Shown piece by piece: positions 12,410 to 26,017 of a DNA stretch of 64,000 nt (positions are counted from its first letter, which is position 1; each line of letters begins with the position of its first letter). The DNA comes from Azolla caroliniana. Its lineage: Eukaryota > Plantae > Polypodiophyta. The stretch lies in the NCBI GenBank assembly GCA_043228905.1, contig JBHGNT010000001.1:2294001-2358000 (forward strand), read 5' to 3'. Both the position numbers and the translations under genes were made by a program. Under the pieces are notes generated by a model. The model saw nothing but the letters and a program-made list of their open reading frames with translations. It was not told where the DNA came from and did no database searches.

Positions 12410-15400
12410 ATGGCATTTCACGTCGCATGTCCCATTACCTGGTTCGATCTCTCTCTCTCTCTCTCTCCCCTCCCCCCCTCCCCCTATCTCTTTCTCTGTC
12501 TGTGTTATTTTTTTTCATTCTCTGTGTTCCCCCTCCCCCCTATCTCTGTTATTATGTTTTGCTCGCCATCGCCATCGCCGTCTTCACCGTTCAATACTCC
12601 TCTTCCTTCTCTCGTTATACCTCACCCGTCTTCTTCTTCTGTTCGGATCTTGTACTCTCTGCTCCCTCTCGCCTATCGTAAGTTCCCCTTTTTCTTTCTG
12701 AAATTAGGGTTTCCTGTGCAAACTTTTTTGTGACATGGAATACTGGGTTCTGTTTCTTTTCATGCTTATTTTCCACGTTTCTTCTTGAAATTAGGGTTTG
12801 TGCGCCTTTTACGGTTAGTTTTATGCATGGGTCTCTGGATGCATGCTGTTCCTTTTTGCAAATTTGAGGTTTCTGTGCTTTCTTTTTGGCTATTTGCTGA
12901 CATGAGTGTGTCTGGGCTACCTATTTCTTCTTGTAAATAGGAAAACAGTCTTTTTTCTCTCATATGGGTTTATGGGTCAGTTTTTACACTATCCTTCCTT
13001 TCTCTGTTTCTTCTTGAAATTATGGTTTTCAGTGTATCTTAGGGTTTATGTTTATTTCTGACATGGGTTTCTGGGTAATTTTTCTTATGCATCCTTTATC
13101 TTTTTGCAAATTCAGATTTCCTTTTAGGGTTTTCTTTCTGACATGGAATTTCCGGGTCTTTTTCCTATTGTACTTCCTACTCCTTATTTCTTACCACAAA
13201 TCAAGATTTCTATTTTCTGTTTACTGGGCCGAATTCTCGCTAACAATGATTGTTTCTTTGGTTTATTTCTATTTGCGCCAGCCGGAAGATATGTTTTTGT
13301 GCTCATGGGACCCCGGCCCCACTTTTGGCTCCTGGGGGCAAAGAATCATTCTTACAAGATGTGATGGATTTGGAAAAGCTTCTCGCAAATCCATGTTTAA
13401 TGGCATCGGGAGGCGAAGAGATGGTAGATATTTTAGTTCCTCGGCTTGCGAAAGATCTCAAGGCCAAGAAGACAAAGAACAACACTGGAGGAGAGAGCGG
13501 AGAAGATACACCCTTTTCCCTATCAAAGAAAGCGGTGATGCGGAAGAAGGCTACCATGGCAGCCATTGCTGTAGCCGAGGCAGCAGCTCTAGCTGAGCAA
13601 GCAAAGAAAGTTGCCGAGGCTGCTCGGCTTGGTGCTGCTCGGCATGTAAGTTACATCACCCAATTTTTCTTTAGCTAAAATCTTGGCATTTGCAGATGTA
13701 GTGAGGTCACATTGTGTTTCACGTCCTTCAAAAATATTTGAACAAGGCTATTCTATACATATGATTGTTTATTCGATAGAGATGAATGAACAAAGTGGCC
13801 GAGGCCGCAAGATCAAAGATTTGAACTAATCTAGAGGAAAGGGCACATCAGTTAATTTCTACATATATCATTGTACACATAGGAACGTTGATCAAGATCA
13901 CGTCCACAGTGTACTTGAACAAGGCTAGATGACTTTTATCAGTTTTGTTCTACATTTGATTGTATATTTAGTGAGCAAATGAATAAAGCATATCAGGATT
14001 GGCGACTCTAGACAGGTAGGTTGGTTACATCATCACCTTCTCTTCCCTTGGGATATTCAAACAAGACTAAATGAATGATCATGTTTGTTTAAATTCATAA
14101 CTTGCTTCCTTAATAAATTTTGAACTAGGTTAGGTAGAGGATCATATCAGTTTAAGTATGTATGTTCATCCTTAAACAAGGCTAAATGAAGGATCATATC
14201 AGTAGTAGGTCAATAAGTTACATCACTATGATCACCTCCCTTATAATTCTACATGAAAGATGATATGAGTTGACGTACATCCTTAGAACAAGTCTAGATG
14301 ATGGAATGCATTGGCTTTAATTCTATAAGTCACCTTCAATCATCGCTTCCCTCATGATATCAATGTAAGTCTATGTGTACATGATTATTCCTGTAGTCTA
14401 TTTTTGAACAAAGGTAGATGCAGTATGGATCAATTGAAACATATACTCAACAATTAGACAGCACGGTGGTTAGTATATCCTGGCAAAGCTACAGGATGGA
14501 TCATGTTAGTTTCAAGTCCATAATTGTAACTCTCGTATATTCGGTACAAAGCTAGATGAAGGATTATGTCAGTTGAACTCTATAAGCCACACTACGATTG
14601 GTTTGCGTACTGTATTTTGGAACAAGTCTAGGTGAAGGATCATCAGTTTAAATCTGTAAGTTACTTTGCATTCATGTCTCTTGAGGATCATTAGTATGGT
14701 TTGACAAGGCAGTATAATGAATCATTTCTGTTCAAGTCTGTAAGCCATCATTAATATATTCGGAGCAAAGCTAGATCAAAGAATATGTCAATTGAACTCT
14801 ATAAGTTACATCGCCATTGGTTTTCTTACTCTATTTTGAACAAGGTTAAATGAAGGAACATATCAGGTTTACGTCTGTAAGTTACATATCCATCACTCTT
14901 AACAAAGCTAGACGAGTAATCAAAGCAGTTTTACAACTATAAGTCGCATGACTATGACATCCTTTAGTATTACAAAGAGGATCATATCAGTTTAACTGTA
15001 TGCATATCATGGCATTTGGTCCACTATTTGCTGAAATTAGAAATTTAAGGTAAGTTATAAATGATACAAATGTACTTTGGGGGAATTTCGTATGTGATGT
15101 CTTTGGTTTATTTAATCAAGACATATCATTATACATATAGCAAGCTTACAGACAGTAAAGAGTACTATTTAAGTTAAATTCGGGATAAATTATGAATGTG
15201 TATGATTTACATTATGATGAGGGTTTTTATTTTTATGATCTGTAACACTATATGAAAGTTTGTAGAACTGAATTTGGGGCCTGTTTTCCTTTCAGCTCAC
15301 TGAAACTGGAGTTGTTCCAAATGGAATTTCTGGTGGGGTAACCTGTGAGATTTGCTTCTTCAGTGAGGTTACTGGCAGTAGGAAAGCTGATAGGATGATA

Positions 15401-18400
15401 CCTTGCCCAAGCTGCAAAAAGATGTTTCATAGGAATTGTTTGAAGCGCTGGGCTGGCGACCGGGGTGAGTTGTTATTTTCTTCACAAAAGGAATATAATT
15501 TTTATATGCATGTACATAGTGCATCTAGGTTGAATCCCTTTTTATCTGATATCTCCCCAAATCTCCATTTTGTATTGATGAATCGTATTGTTTGTAGATT
15601 TGTTCAATTGGTCATCTTGGGTTTGTGCAAGTTGTCGGGTTTGTGAGGTAGGATCATTTTTATAAAATATTAATGAGTCTTTCAGCTATTAGTTCTATTT
15701 TCTTATGTGTTTTGAGTGATCTAATGGCTATTGCTCTGGTTGATTTGAAAATTGTAAGGTCTGTAGACGCACGGGAGAACCTAACAAGCTTATGTTTTGC
15801 AAAAGATGTGATGTTGGTCTTCATGTATATTGCCAGCAGCCACCACTCAAGGTCAGTACATTCGTGTTTTTTGAACATTGGATTCTTGAGTAACCACTTT
15901 ATTGCTCTGACATATTCTTGTAATTACTGTTTATATGACAGCACGTTAGTAAAGGACCGTATCTCTGTCCCAAGCATGCCATTTGCCACAGTTGTTCTTC
16001 TCGAGTTCCTGGAAGTGGAGTTAGTTCAAGGTAAGAGTAAATTCATGTCCAAGCAAGTTATCAAGGGTATATATTTTCAAATTGATATTTTGCAGATTGA
16101 TCTGGTTTGCAAGAATCTAACTACATTGAAGAATACTGACAAAAGCTTATTCTTGTTTATACCATGCATTATGAGGGTTAATGTAGCCCTAAACTCATAA
16201 TAAGTATCGCCTTATTATGTATGCAAGCAACTGTGATATTTCACCATTCATAAATAATTTATATTGTTGACAATCTACGGTACGGGTCAACTGTAGAGCA
16301 CAATGTGAGGAATTAGTCTGCTTAGGTAGTATGCAAATGTATGGCAACATCTTATCTTTTGCAACATGTTGTTGATAAGACTAATAAACCATCTGTAGCT
16401 TTATATTTTCCCTTCTATTAAGAAACTTCTCCGACAGTAATTATGGCTTTGTTTCATTTCTTTTACATGGTAGTTTTGAACTTTTGAACTGAAAATGACC
16501 ATGCATAAAAAAACTGAAAAGCATTGATATATGTGTGATTTCTAAAATCAGAGATGTGAAAAACCTCAAAGTTTATATAATTTGGATGATGAGTTTCTCA
16601 ATAAAACAGGTGGTTTCTTGAGCATACCTTCTGCGATGCTTGTGGGAGACTTTTCATGAAGGGGAAGTACTGTACAGTATGCCTGAAGGCAAGTGATTTT
16701 TTAATCCTCTGGCACTAAATATATCTGAATCTGTATGTCTATACCAATCCTTCAAGCTTGATTGCTAATAATGGGTCGTTTTAGTTTCTATTTTGTGCTT
16801 TTCCATGTTCGTACCCTTCATACATTCTGTTTTGGTAGAAGGATGATATATTACACCTGAACTGATTAATGCTGAATCATTGATTTCTTTTGTTTCAATT
16901 TTGTGTTTTTCCACATCCTTACTATGCCTATACTATGTTTCCAATGGGAAGAACATGCTTGAATCTGAATCACTTAATGTGACATCTGTGTATACCAATT
17001 ATTCAAGTTCAATCACAAATAAGGATTGTGTAAGTTCCTATCTTGTGCATTTCCATGTTCCTACGTGGCATATACGCTGTTTTCATCATCATGGAATGAT
17101 ATATTTTGAACTGAATGCACACCTGATTGTTCGGTAAAGGAATTTTTCTGAATTAATTTATGTTTCTAGTTCACGTGACCACATTTTGCTGCTAGAGCTC
17201 CCCTCTCGGGAATCCTTATCATTTCTATTGCGATTACTTCCCCTCTTATTGAAAAATTTTACAGACATTACTATGTGATGCATTGCTTTTTTTATGATGA
17301 TTTCCATTTTTACGGTCTGATTTCTAAAAACAAACTTTGTTTTGGACGGAATTTCAACACACAAGGAATTCTCTCATTTCTATGCAGATACTCTATGGCT
17401 TGTTGTTAAGTCGAAACCATAACTTGAGGGTTGCTAGACACATATTTTGACTCTGGAATTTCATCTTTTTTTAAGTGATGAAGGAAAGAACATTGACAAC
17501 GTAGTGGTATGAAATCAAGAGCTTACTACATGTATTTTCCTTGAATCTTCATTAAGTATCAGTTTTCAATATGTGGCAGCCGTCTTAATATTTAATATTT
17601 AACATAGAGCATTGTAAAGTGCAAACGTATAGGTTCTTTTTGGCTAACTTTATTATGGCAAGAATCCAAGGAAAGGTTATACATTTAGTCTACCCCAAAA
17701 TCGGTGTCCGCTGATGTTTAAAATTTGCACCATTGATATATGGCAAGTTAAAATAGTTCAAGGAAAACCATGACGTGAAAACTATTTGTACATGAAAATT
17801 GTTAAGAGATTTATGATGGAACTTTTTTTCTCTTTATTATGTGTTCAAAGAATCTCTTATCTTACGTTGTGTTCAGGTTTTGATTGCATGAGTTTCTATG
17901 TGAATTGCAGGTTTACAGAGATTCTGAGGCTTCCCCTATGGTTTGCTGTGACAACTGTGAGCATTGGGTCCATTCTCATTGCGATGGAATAAGGTACAAA
18001 TTTATCGAGTCTTCAATAAAAGATGAAAAGAGGACGTGCTGATTGTGAACAACATACTGAGTTTTTAAACTGAAAACTCAAAATTAAAGAACTTATGTGA
18101 AGTTCTTATATTCATTAAGCTGGAAATTTGCTTTCAGTGATGAAAAGTATCAGGAATTTCAGCTAGACAACAATCTGCACTATACATGCCCTGCGTGCCG
18201 TGGGGAATGTCACAAAGTAATATTTTATGGCCTATGTGTGCGGCCTTCATTTGTACTGTATATATATCTAAAGGCTATGTATGATGTAGAAAAAAAGTGT
18301 GCTTACTGAACAACCATGTTTTGCTATACAGATCAAAGATGTGGATGATGCGATACGAGAGATATGGAGGAGACGTGATGAGCGTGATAAAGATTTGATA

Positions 18401-21400
18401 CTGCAATGCCAGATTGCAGCAGGGCTTCCTCCGAAGGATGAAAATTTAAGACTGTGTCCTTCTGATGATGAGCAAATTACAGAATCTCGTCCAATAAAGA
18501 AGACTATTAAAATGCTTGTCCCTGCAGTAAAGGAACACGACGAAAAGCCATTAAAAAAAGCTGAATATGGAAAGCAAAAAATGGATGTGCCCGATAAGAG
18601 TGGAACTGGTGGTGGTGTCATAAAGAAGTTAAAGATCACTCTGCCAAAATTGAACATGAATATGTCCAAGGGACAACAGAATGAAACAAAGGACATAGGT
18701 TATATTGAGGAGAGGGGTCTTGAAAATACGAACAAGAAGAAAAATAATTCGGTTGCCAAGCTCACTAAATATATGATTCAAGCGAGAGAGTCAATTGCAA
18801 CGAGCAATGGGAAGAAGATCTCCTTTGCTGATCGTAATAATAATAATAATTCTGGAATCAAGTCTAATGAACCTACTTTTGTATTTGATGAGAAAAAGGA
18901 TATGCTAAGTAGGATGAACCCTTCTTCTGAAGCTAAGAGAGCATATGATAATCCTGTGAAGACTGTAAAGTTTATTAACAGCGCAAATAAGAATCAAACA
19001 GGCACCAAGAAAACAGTAATGAAAATCCGCCCCTTCATAGGTGCAAAGGAACCTCAGAGGCAGCCTGATCCGTTACATTTGGATGAAGGTAGGATATCTC
19101 AACTTGTATATATTTATTGTTGAAACATATGCTAGCTTACAGTTTAGGCCCAATAGGTAACTCAAATCAGAATATAATTTTAATAGACTTGAATTGTTAA
19201 ATGTGTATCAGAATATTTTGTTTTTTTTTCTGATTTTTAAATTTTGGATAAATTTGTTTCATGTTACTATGCCATTATATAAGAAATAGTGCACATGGGA
19301 GATTGATCAGTGTAATGTTTTTGCTTGACTAATGATCATTGGAGTATCTTTGACATTTGATGATATGAATGTGGAATCAGCACGGCATTTTCTTCTTGAG
19401 TACAGCATATATTGCAGTTTTGTTTATCTTTTCTTGTTATATCCCGAACTTTTGTTTCTCGTATAAAGGTCCCCAGTATCTTTTTTGGATATTTGTGATC
19501 TCATATAAATATTTGAAGGTGTTGATTTATTTCTTTTGTTAGGTAGATCATTTGTGGACTTGTATTTTTCATTTACACGGATTATATAGCTTCATTTTAC
19601 TTTTCTAATATCAGGATCTGAAGACACCAGTGGTTCACGGGAAGGTGGTTCTGGTTTGAGGAGTACTTACCACGATGGAAGTGGTATAATCTCTATAGAC
19701 TGTCATTTCAAGTACATTTTTTTTTCATTCTAATGTGTTTACACCATAGTATACTAGAAGTCTTTGTACAAATAATTTTAACAAATAAATTTCTCATGTT
19801 ATTAGTTGGCTTACTTTACACTTGCATTTCTTGTACACATGTAAGGTGAACAATGCTAAAGTTATAAATTAGTTAAACAACAAGAAAATCACATTTACAA
19901 GGGTAAACAGCTTCTGTTAAGCTTTGGCGGTTTTTAGTTTTTTTCACTTGAAAAATGAATTGGATGCTCGGTACTGTCTGAAAAAGCAAGAGTTTTATAA
20001 ATGCGTAACAATGACTGGCTCTCCATTTGTTTCTTGACTTTTATATCCTTGGATTTAATTTGATTGGGTGATATTATCATCAAATTGTTTTGCTAGCTTT
20101 TAACTTGTTCTTTACGTATCCACTTTTTCCTTAGCGAGAGTTCAATAAGCTTTAGAGTGTAGGTTTGGACTGTCTTGAGTTATTCGACAAATCAGTGCTT
20201 GGATATATATTATATACATTTTATGTTATTTGCATTATTTTCTATTGGTTTTATGTCATTTATCTGTTGGGTTACTGTAGATATACTACTCTTTTTTTCA
20301 ATATATTATAATTCTCCCTTTTTTTTCAAGGTAACAAAGTATATGTCAATTTATGAATTCACTTTTTACATGTTGACTAATCACAGCCCAGGCTTTCAAG
20401 GTCCGAGGAGATCTCGGGTGGCATTCTACTCTTAGTGTTAAGTATCGAGACAAGAATACGGGTATAGCAAAAGCCAAGAGAAGCTATGAAGAAAGATATG
20501 ATGATGGTCATCATCAAGGGTTAGACTCATCAAATGATACCTCATCTGGTAAGTGTTAAGTGTTGTATAAAAAAATGCACTTCTATGGGTGTGTAAATAA
20601 TTTCTCTATATATATGTATATATGTATATACTTCTGAGTAATATTTATTTTATTTTGATTTGTTCTCAAAGACGAGACAACACTTAAGATGTAATCTCTT
20701 GTTTGGTCTTATAGGCCATTAAAATACGTTGATATATCTTTCTTTCCTTCTAACACGAACCAGTAGAGAGATCGGAAGAGAGAAGAGGAATGAAAAGCTT
20801 ATTAACCATCTCTAAAGAATTTAGGTTATTATATCCTGTGCTTCGATAGACCACATATCATATATTTAACCGATAAGAGAAGTCCAGATGGTTACTAGTT
20901 GAGATAATTTTCAACCATTGATTTGATTTGATACACCACCGTGGCATGTAATTTAGGAGAAATGGTAGCTGGTGTAACAAAGATGTGTGAAAGTACTAAG
21001 GATTTGAACCCCGAGTTGTTGTTGATAAGTTAAGAGTAAGCCATAACTGAGAAACGAGGACGTGTCTACTTATAAATTAAAATAAAACTAAAAGTAAAGC
21101 TGTTTCTTGAAAGTATGAAAACACAAAAATGAATATTTACAAAACTATCTGTTTTATTCATGAAATTCATTAACTGTCCCTTGATTTCCTAAAGTACCCC
21201 TTCAAAGGTCTTGAAAATGCCATTTACTTCAACATCCAAATTTCTTCCAAATAAGTAGAATCACTACCTCTAGTCTTTCCTTAAAAAAACTATAAAAATG
21301 ATATTGCCATCAATAAAATAAGCAAAACATGTATTGCTACAAGAAGAAAGTAAATAAATTAAAAGAGGTGTTTCGGGTAATTTCAGATCCTGAGAGAGAA

Positions 21401-22062
21401 TTCTCTGCAAAATTTTCGGGTAATAACAATGGTGGTGGTAGCGGAACTTTTCGAGGCCCCCGATCGAAGAGGAGGAAACATTCTGCCTTGAATGTCCGGA
21501 AAATGTTGCCAAACAATGAGAGTGAATTGGAATCGGATCAAAAGGAATCTGATGATAATTGGGTTTTACAAAAACTAGGCCGAGCTGCGGTTGGAAAAAG
21601 GGTCGAAGTTTTCCGTCCAAGGGATAGGTCATGGTAAGTAATGCACATATATGTATATGTATGTGTGCGTGTGTGTGTATACATATATGTATACTTATAT
21701 GTATACACACATTTGGTTGGTATATATATATATACATATATTGATATGTTGGTAAAGCAAAGTTCAATCATTGCCATTTTGTCAGGTTAATAGACAAACA
21801 TTGTCAATGATGACTTTTTCATTCTGGCAAACAATGTATTATAAGAAAAAAAAAATGCATATATATAATATCACATTTGGTTCTGATTCAAATATTATTC
21901 AATTTCGTTTGGTTCGACAGGTATAAAGGAAGGGTTACCGAGGTGTTACCTAAGCAGTCAGAGTTTACTGTAAGCTTTGAGGATGGGTTGCGAGAGACTC
22001 TAGAGTTTGGGAAGAGGAATGTGCGAGTGCTTTCACACTTGGGCAAGCATCCAAGATCATGA
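12410..22062 (+). CDS. PHD-finger protein, At3g08020-like (tandem PHD/Zn fingers plus C-terminal Tudor-like domain), ~804 aa
   Basis: Exons 12410-12441, 13282-13645, 15296-15464, 15598-15647, 15759-15851, 15942-16030, 16610-16688 (GC donor), 17911-17993, 18138-18216, 18332-19088, 19615-19683, 20387-20548, 21387-21633, 21921-22062; 2415 nt in frame. Motifs: MAFHVACPITCRKICFC, CRVCEVCRRTGEPNKLMFCKRCD, GPYLCPKH, YCTVCLKVYRDSEASPMVCCDNCEHWVH, WVLQKLGRAAVGKRVEV..WYKGRV. Confidence 0.9.
12690..13160. repeat. Degenerate intronic repeats with telo-boxes in PHD intron 1
   Basis: Recurring TTCTTGAAATTAGGGTTT and CTGACATGG...TGGGT blocks. TTAGGGTTT (reverse of telo-box AAACCCTAA) near 12703, 12791, 13039 and 13124. 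Confidence 0.6.
13646..15000 (+). repeat. Degenerate tandem array (roughly 15-18 units of ~50-100 bp) filling PHD intron 2
   Basis: Core GAACAAGGCTAGATGAAGGATCATATCAGTTTAA.TCT(G/A)TAAGTTACATCAC recurs with variable linkers. Its 3' part equals the intron's first bases GTAAGTTACATCAC (13646-13659). Confidence 0.85.
20992..21064 (-). other. Degenerate tRNA-like/SINE head in PHD intron 12
   Basis: Minus strand: B-box GGTTCAAATCC (21000-21010) and a weak A-box-like TTCTCAGTTATGG ~30 nt upstream; no cloverleaf. Confidence 0.35.
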
Positions 22063-25000
22063 TATTTGCAAAAATGGGTATAAATGACTCCCAACATCAT
22101 CTGTTGCTGACAATTTGTTTGGAGTGGATTTTTGCTATCCATCATGGTGTCACAAGCTTCAACTTTCAAGCTGCCAACCCATACATTTGCCATGGAAAAA
22201 TTTGATTTGATTATATTGAAAAAGCCTGATTAATTTCCTGATCCTGATTATTATACATAGCCTCAATCGGCGTTTGTGCTATATTAGCATTGTATACCTT
22301 TTTTAGGACTTCCTATATTAGGATGGATTTTCTTCTTTTCCTTCTCATTCGATAAGATTTGTACCTGAAACCTTTGATCAGCGAAACGAAGGAAAGAAAG
22401 GCTTTTGAGTTGGAAATCTTGAAACCTTGTCCCTGGGAAAAAAACTCTCAAAGCATTCTCCATTATTTGGTTATAAAGTCTCTAAACCAATCTCTTTAAT
22501 TGTTAAAAAGTTTTATACCAACTGCATCCCAGGTTATACAAGATGGAGATCCCTACTTGCACCAATGCATGCTGAGCAGTAATGGAATGTATGAATTTCT
22601 TTTGTTCTCGTTTATCAGATAAGATCAAGAAGATTTATTTATATATGCTTTTGCTATTGTCGTCGAAAATAGAAATGGATGTTACATCACATATTTGAGA
22701 AATTATAGCAAAATGCAGTTCCTATGTAGTCAGGCATGGGAACATTTTTCTTAATCTAACTCTATTAATCTATTAATGCAAGTACGTTTGGACTGTTAAT
22801 GTTTGATGCATCATTCATGTGCCAGCTTTAGCCAGTGTTATACATGAATTACCTAAATGCATATTCGAGTTTAGATGTACTACATTTGTATTGTCTGGGG
22901 GAGTATCTTGCATGTTTTCAATCACCCATTATCTATAAGGTGATGGAAATATTGTGTCTGGTTCATATCTTAAATGTGGGGTTGGAGTAATATTGATTAG
23001 TAGTGGTTTGAGCTCCTGCTTTATGTTTTATGTCATTTGTAAACTGATTCAGCTTGCACAAATTCAACTTAACATCATTAGTTGCAACAAGACTCAAATG
23101 TACTAATTTAGGTTGTTATTGATATGTTCTATGGTTTATATTGTAATTTTGCATTTTTTGGAGATACCGTACATGTCGTTGACTGTAATGTGCTCGTACA
23201 CCTGAGGTCATACATCTCCTTGGTTATATGGCATTTAATTGATGTACTTCGCCCACATGCTTGACCTTAGATCAATAGAGGATTGTGAATCTTGATTTTT
23301 GTGGGGAAAATTGATTTAGAGGGCATTTGTTGACTTGCAAGCAATTGCCGTGAAACAATAATTCCAATCGCTTTATTGGGTGTAGAATTGACATTTTTGC
23401 ATTATTTTCATCTTATAATTTATAGGACTTGCCTACATATTTGTGGCTATATTAGTAATTTTCTACTCCATCACTCACTTTTTTTCTTTTTCAGTAATTA
23501 GGTTCTAAAGGATGCTACGTCATACACTCTTCACGAGAACAGCCAACATAACCCAGTGTGCATTTGCACGCAATGTTTTGTTTATTCACACTACAAATAC
23601 ACACTCGAAATTGTAATTGTTTGTGAGATAATTTACTAGTGGAAGGTGAGTCTTTGCCTTCGCACTTGACACAATCTCGTGAGTTTCTTGTTTGCTACAA
23701 CTCACGAGACTTCTTTTTCACGAAGACCAAAATGCCTCGTACTTAAAATACTTTTGAACCATCTTTGGAGATATCATGGATATCAATGACTTTTAACAAA
23801 CTGTATAAACAAGCTAGTGAGTTTGCTATAAAAAATAAATAAGAGGATAAGAGAAGCAAATAGACTTATTGAATTTCTGCCAATAGTATGGGTTGGGCTA
23901 AGAGTAGTTAATGTGTTGCCTTAGGATGAAATCTGTTGATTGTTGGAAACTGGTCCATACTTACATATTCAAGCAAGAGGTTCCATGCATACCACGGAAT
24001 GAGCTATTGCCATACAAAGTTTAACCGATTGGAGCTACAATGCAGACAGTGCCTTAGAGAGGGGACACTTCCAGGCCTATATTTTCCGTGAATTATAACC
24101 ACTATTGGATATATAGTCTCTAATTACGGTTGTTTAATTTACCATTGAAAAGGAAATCAATTCCTCCTTATGATCTCTTTTTTGTTTAACACTATTTGTC
24201 AGATTATTTTTCATGTATGATGAGAGAGTATGTTTACAGATCAAGTATTTGGTAGATTAATGGATGCATAATTACCACGAATGGAGAAATTATTGATGAG
24301 TTTTACATACGAAAATTAGAAATGCATCTCAAAGTGGATTGAGAGACACAAAAAAATATACTGGTAGTGTAACACTGCTGATTTTGATTTCGCAACAGTA
24401 ATGTTTGGTCACAAGAAATGAATTGCGAAGCATCGTTTCCATCACTGGAAAACTATTATGGGTACAATCATATGACAGGTGTCACGTGATTTTCAGCTAA
24501 GAAACTTCACAACCTCAAGATGCAGATCACACATTAAATCAGTAGCAAAACTAATGAATTCCACTACCATGTCAGGGAAATACCGGTCTGTCTGTCTGTC
24601 TCTGCATTGCACAGAGACTGCTTCGTCTTTTTTGTTTGTTTCAGAGTGTGGATGTTTTTTTCCCGCTTCACTTTACTAGGAGGGACAGAGACATTGGACG
24701 ATTTGTCCATGTAAGTGTGTCCCTTGGACATGGGTCCCTTTTCCAAATCTAAAACCCGAAGGGTCTTCACTCAACGTATAAAAAACACCCAAGAACTTAT
24801 GTGTGCACTATCATGTGTCTTGATTGTAAAAAACACGTCCATACATACATACATACATCATGTGAAGCAAACATAATCCGCAAGAATGCGTGCATAAAAA
24901 ACCTATTACCTACCCCGCAAGAACCAATTTCGTGTTCCAACTTCCAACCAAGGCCTCGATCCAATCCACCAAAGCCCCACTCCCCTAGAAAAGGCAGATG

Positions 25001-25198
25001 TGCTAACAAAGCCACACATCTTCAAGCAAACCAGAACACACGCACCACAAAAAAAGAGAGAAAAAGAAACAAGAAGTTCGGATTGAATAAATGTTGCATG
25101 AACTTGTTTTCTTGTGGGATGTCACAAACAATGTGATGAGATGAATGAGCTATTCTAGACAGCACGCCCAAAATAGACGCAATACATGCGAATGCCCA

Positions 25199-25454
25199 AT
25201 GGATTTTCGTAGCTCCTCTAGGAGATATACATATATGTATGTATGCATATGTATGCAAATTTATGTGTATAGGCCATGGACGTCCACAAGGGTTGAACGG
25301 AAAAATGGACGTGATACATGTTAAGGGCCCGATGGATTTATGGTAGCTCTTCTAGGACATGTACATATATGTATGTATATTTGTGTGTATAGGACACCAA
25401 AACCACTTCCATATGGACATTCACAAGGGTTTAAGGTTTAGGGTTTAGGGTTTA
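25199..25454. repeat. ~130-bp-period duplication ending in short telomere-type (TTTAGGG) repeats
   Basis: ATGGATTT..GTAGCTC.TCTAGGA.AT.TACATATATGTATGTAT...TGTGTATAGG...CACAAGGGTT occurs twice, then AAGGTTTAGGGTTTAGGGTTTA. Confidence 0.7.
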
Positions 25455-25612
25455 CACCTCAGTTTAAGAATATAACCATAAACAGACAGGTCACTAGGAT
25501 TCAAATTAATAAGACAATACAAATGAAAAACCAGAGGATCACAGAAAAACAAAAAAAAACCCCATTGTTTACAGGTCCGCAGCCGGAAAGACGAAATAAA
25601 AGCCAACAAATA

Positions 25613-25643
<31 letters not shown>

Positions 25644-25650
25644 CTTTATG

Positions 25651-25773
25651 CTGACGTGGCGCCAGCTGGCAGCGCCTCGACGTGTGACGTGGCAAGGGCC
25701 TGACGAGGCGCCAGCTGGCAGGGCCTCGACGTGTGACGTGGCAAGAGCATTACGTGGCGCCGGCGCCGGCAGC
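25651..25773. promoter_or_regulatory. 49-bp GC-rich tandem repeat (x2.5) packed with ACGT-core (ABRE/G-box/hex-like) elements
   Basis: TGACGTGGC x3, TTACGTGGC x1, CGACGTGT x2 and palindromic GCCAGCTGGC x2 in ~120 bp. The repeat is read directly; regulatory function is inferred. Confidence 0.55.
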
Positions 25774-26017
25774 TCCACTTCTTTCCCGCTCCTCGCTCTG
25801 CGGAAGAAGAAGATGAAGAAGCGCTCCCTTCCGCCATAGCCAGAGCTCGCTCACACAGTATATGTATGTATATATATATATGTATACACAGATCAAAGAA
25901 GAAAACTTTTCTCTGTCTCTGTCTCTCTGTCTCTCTCTCTGATGGTTTCTCTCTTTCGCTGATTCTTTTGTCTGTCTCGGCTGATCAGAAAATGGATGGG
26001 AGATGTACACCGCCATT

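Noticed and set aside
13730-15000. CRISPR array (repeat plus variable spacer appearance); likewise 44050-44740
   Set aside because: The repeats are highly degenerate, the linkers are related to each other, there are no cas genes, and the context is a spliceosomal intron of a plant gene.
15673-16200. 175-aa plus-strand ORF
   Set aside because: Off-frame read-through across PHD exons 5-6 and their introns.
22100-25200. miRNA/snoRNA precursors in the long 3' intergenic region
   Set aside because: No conserved plant miRNA sequence, long fold-back or well-spaced C/D box pair was recognised by eye.
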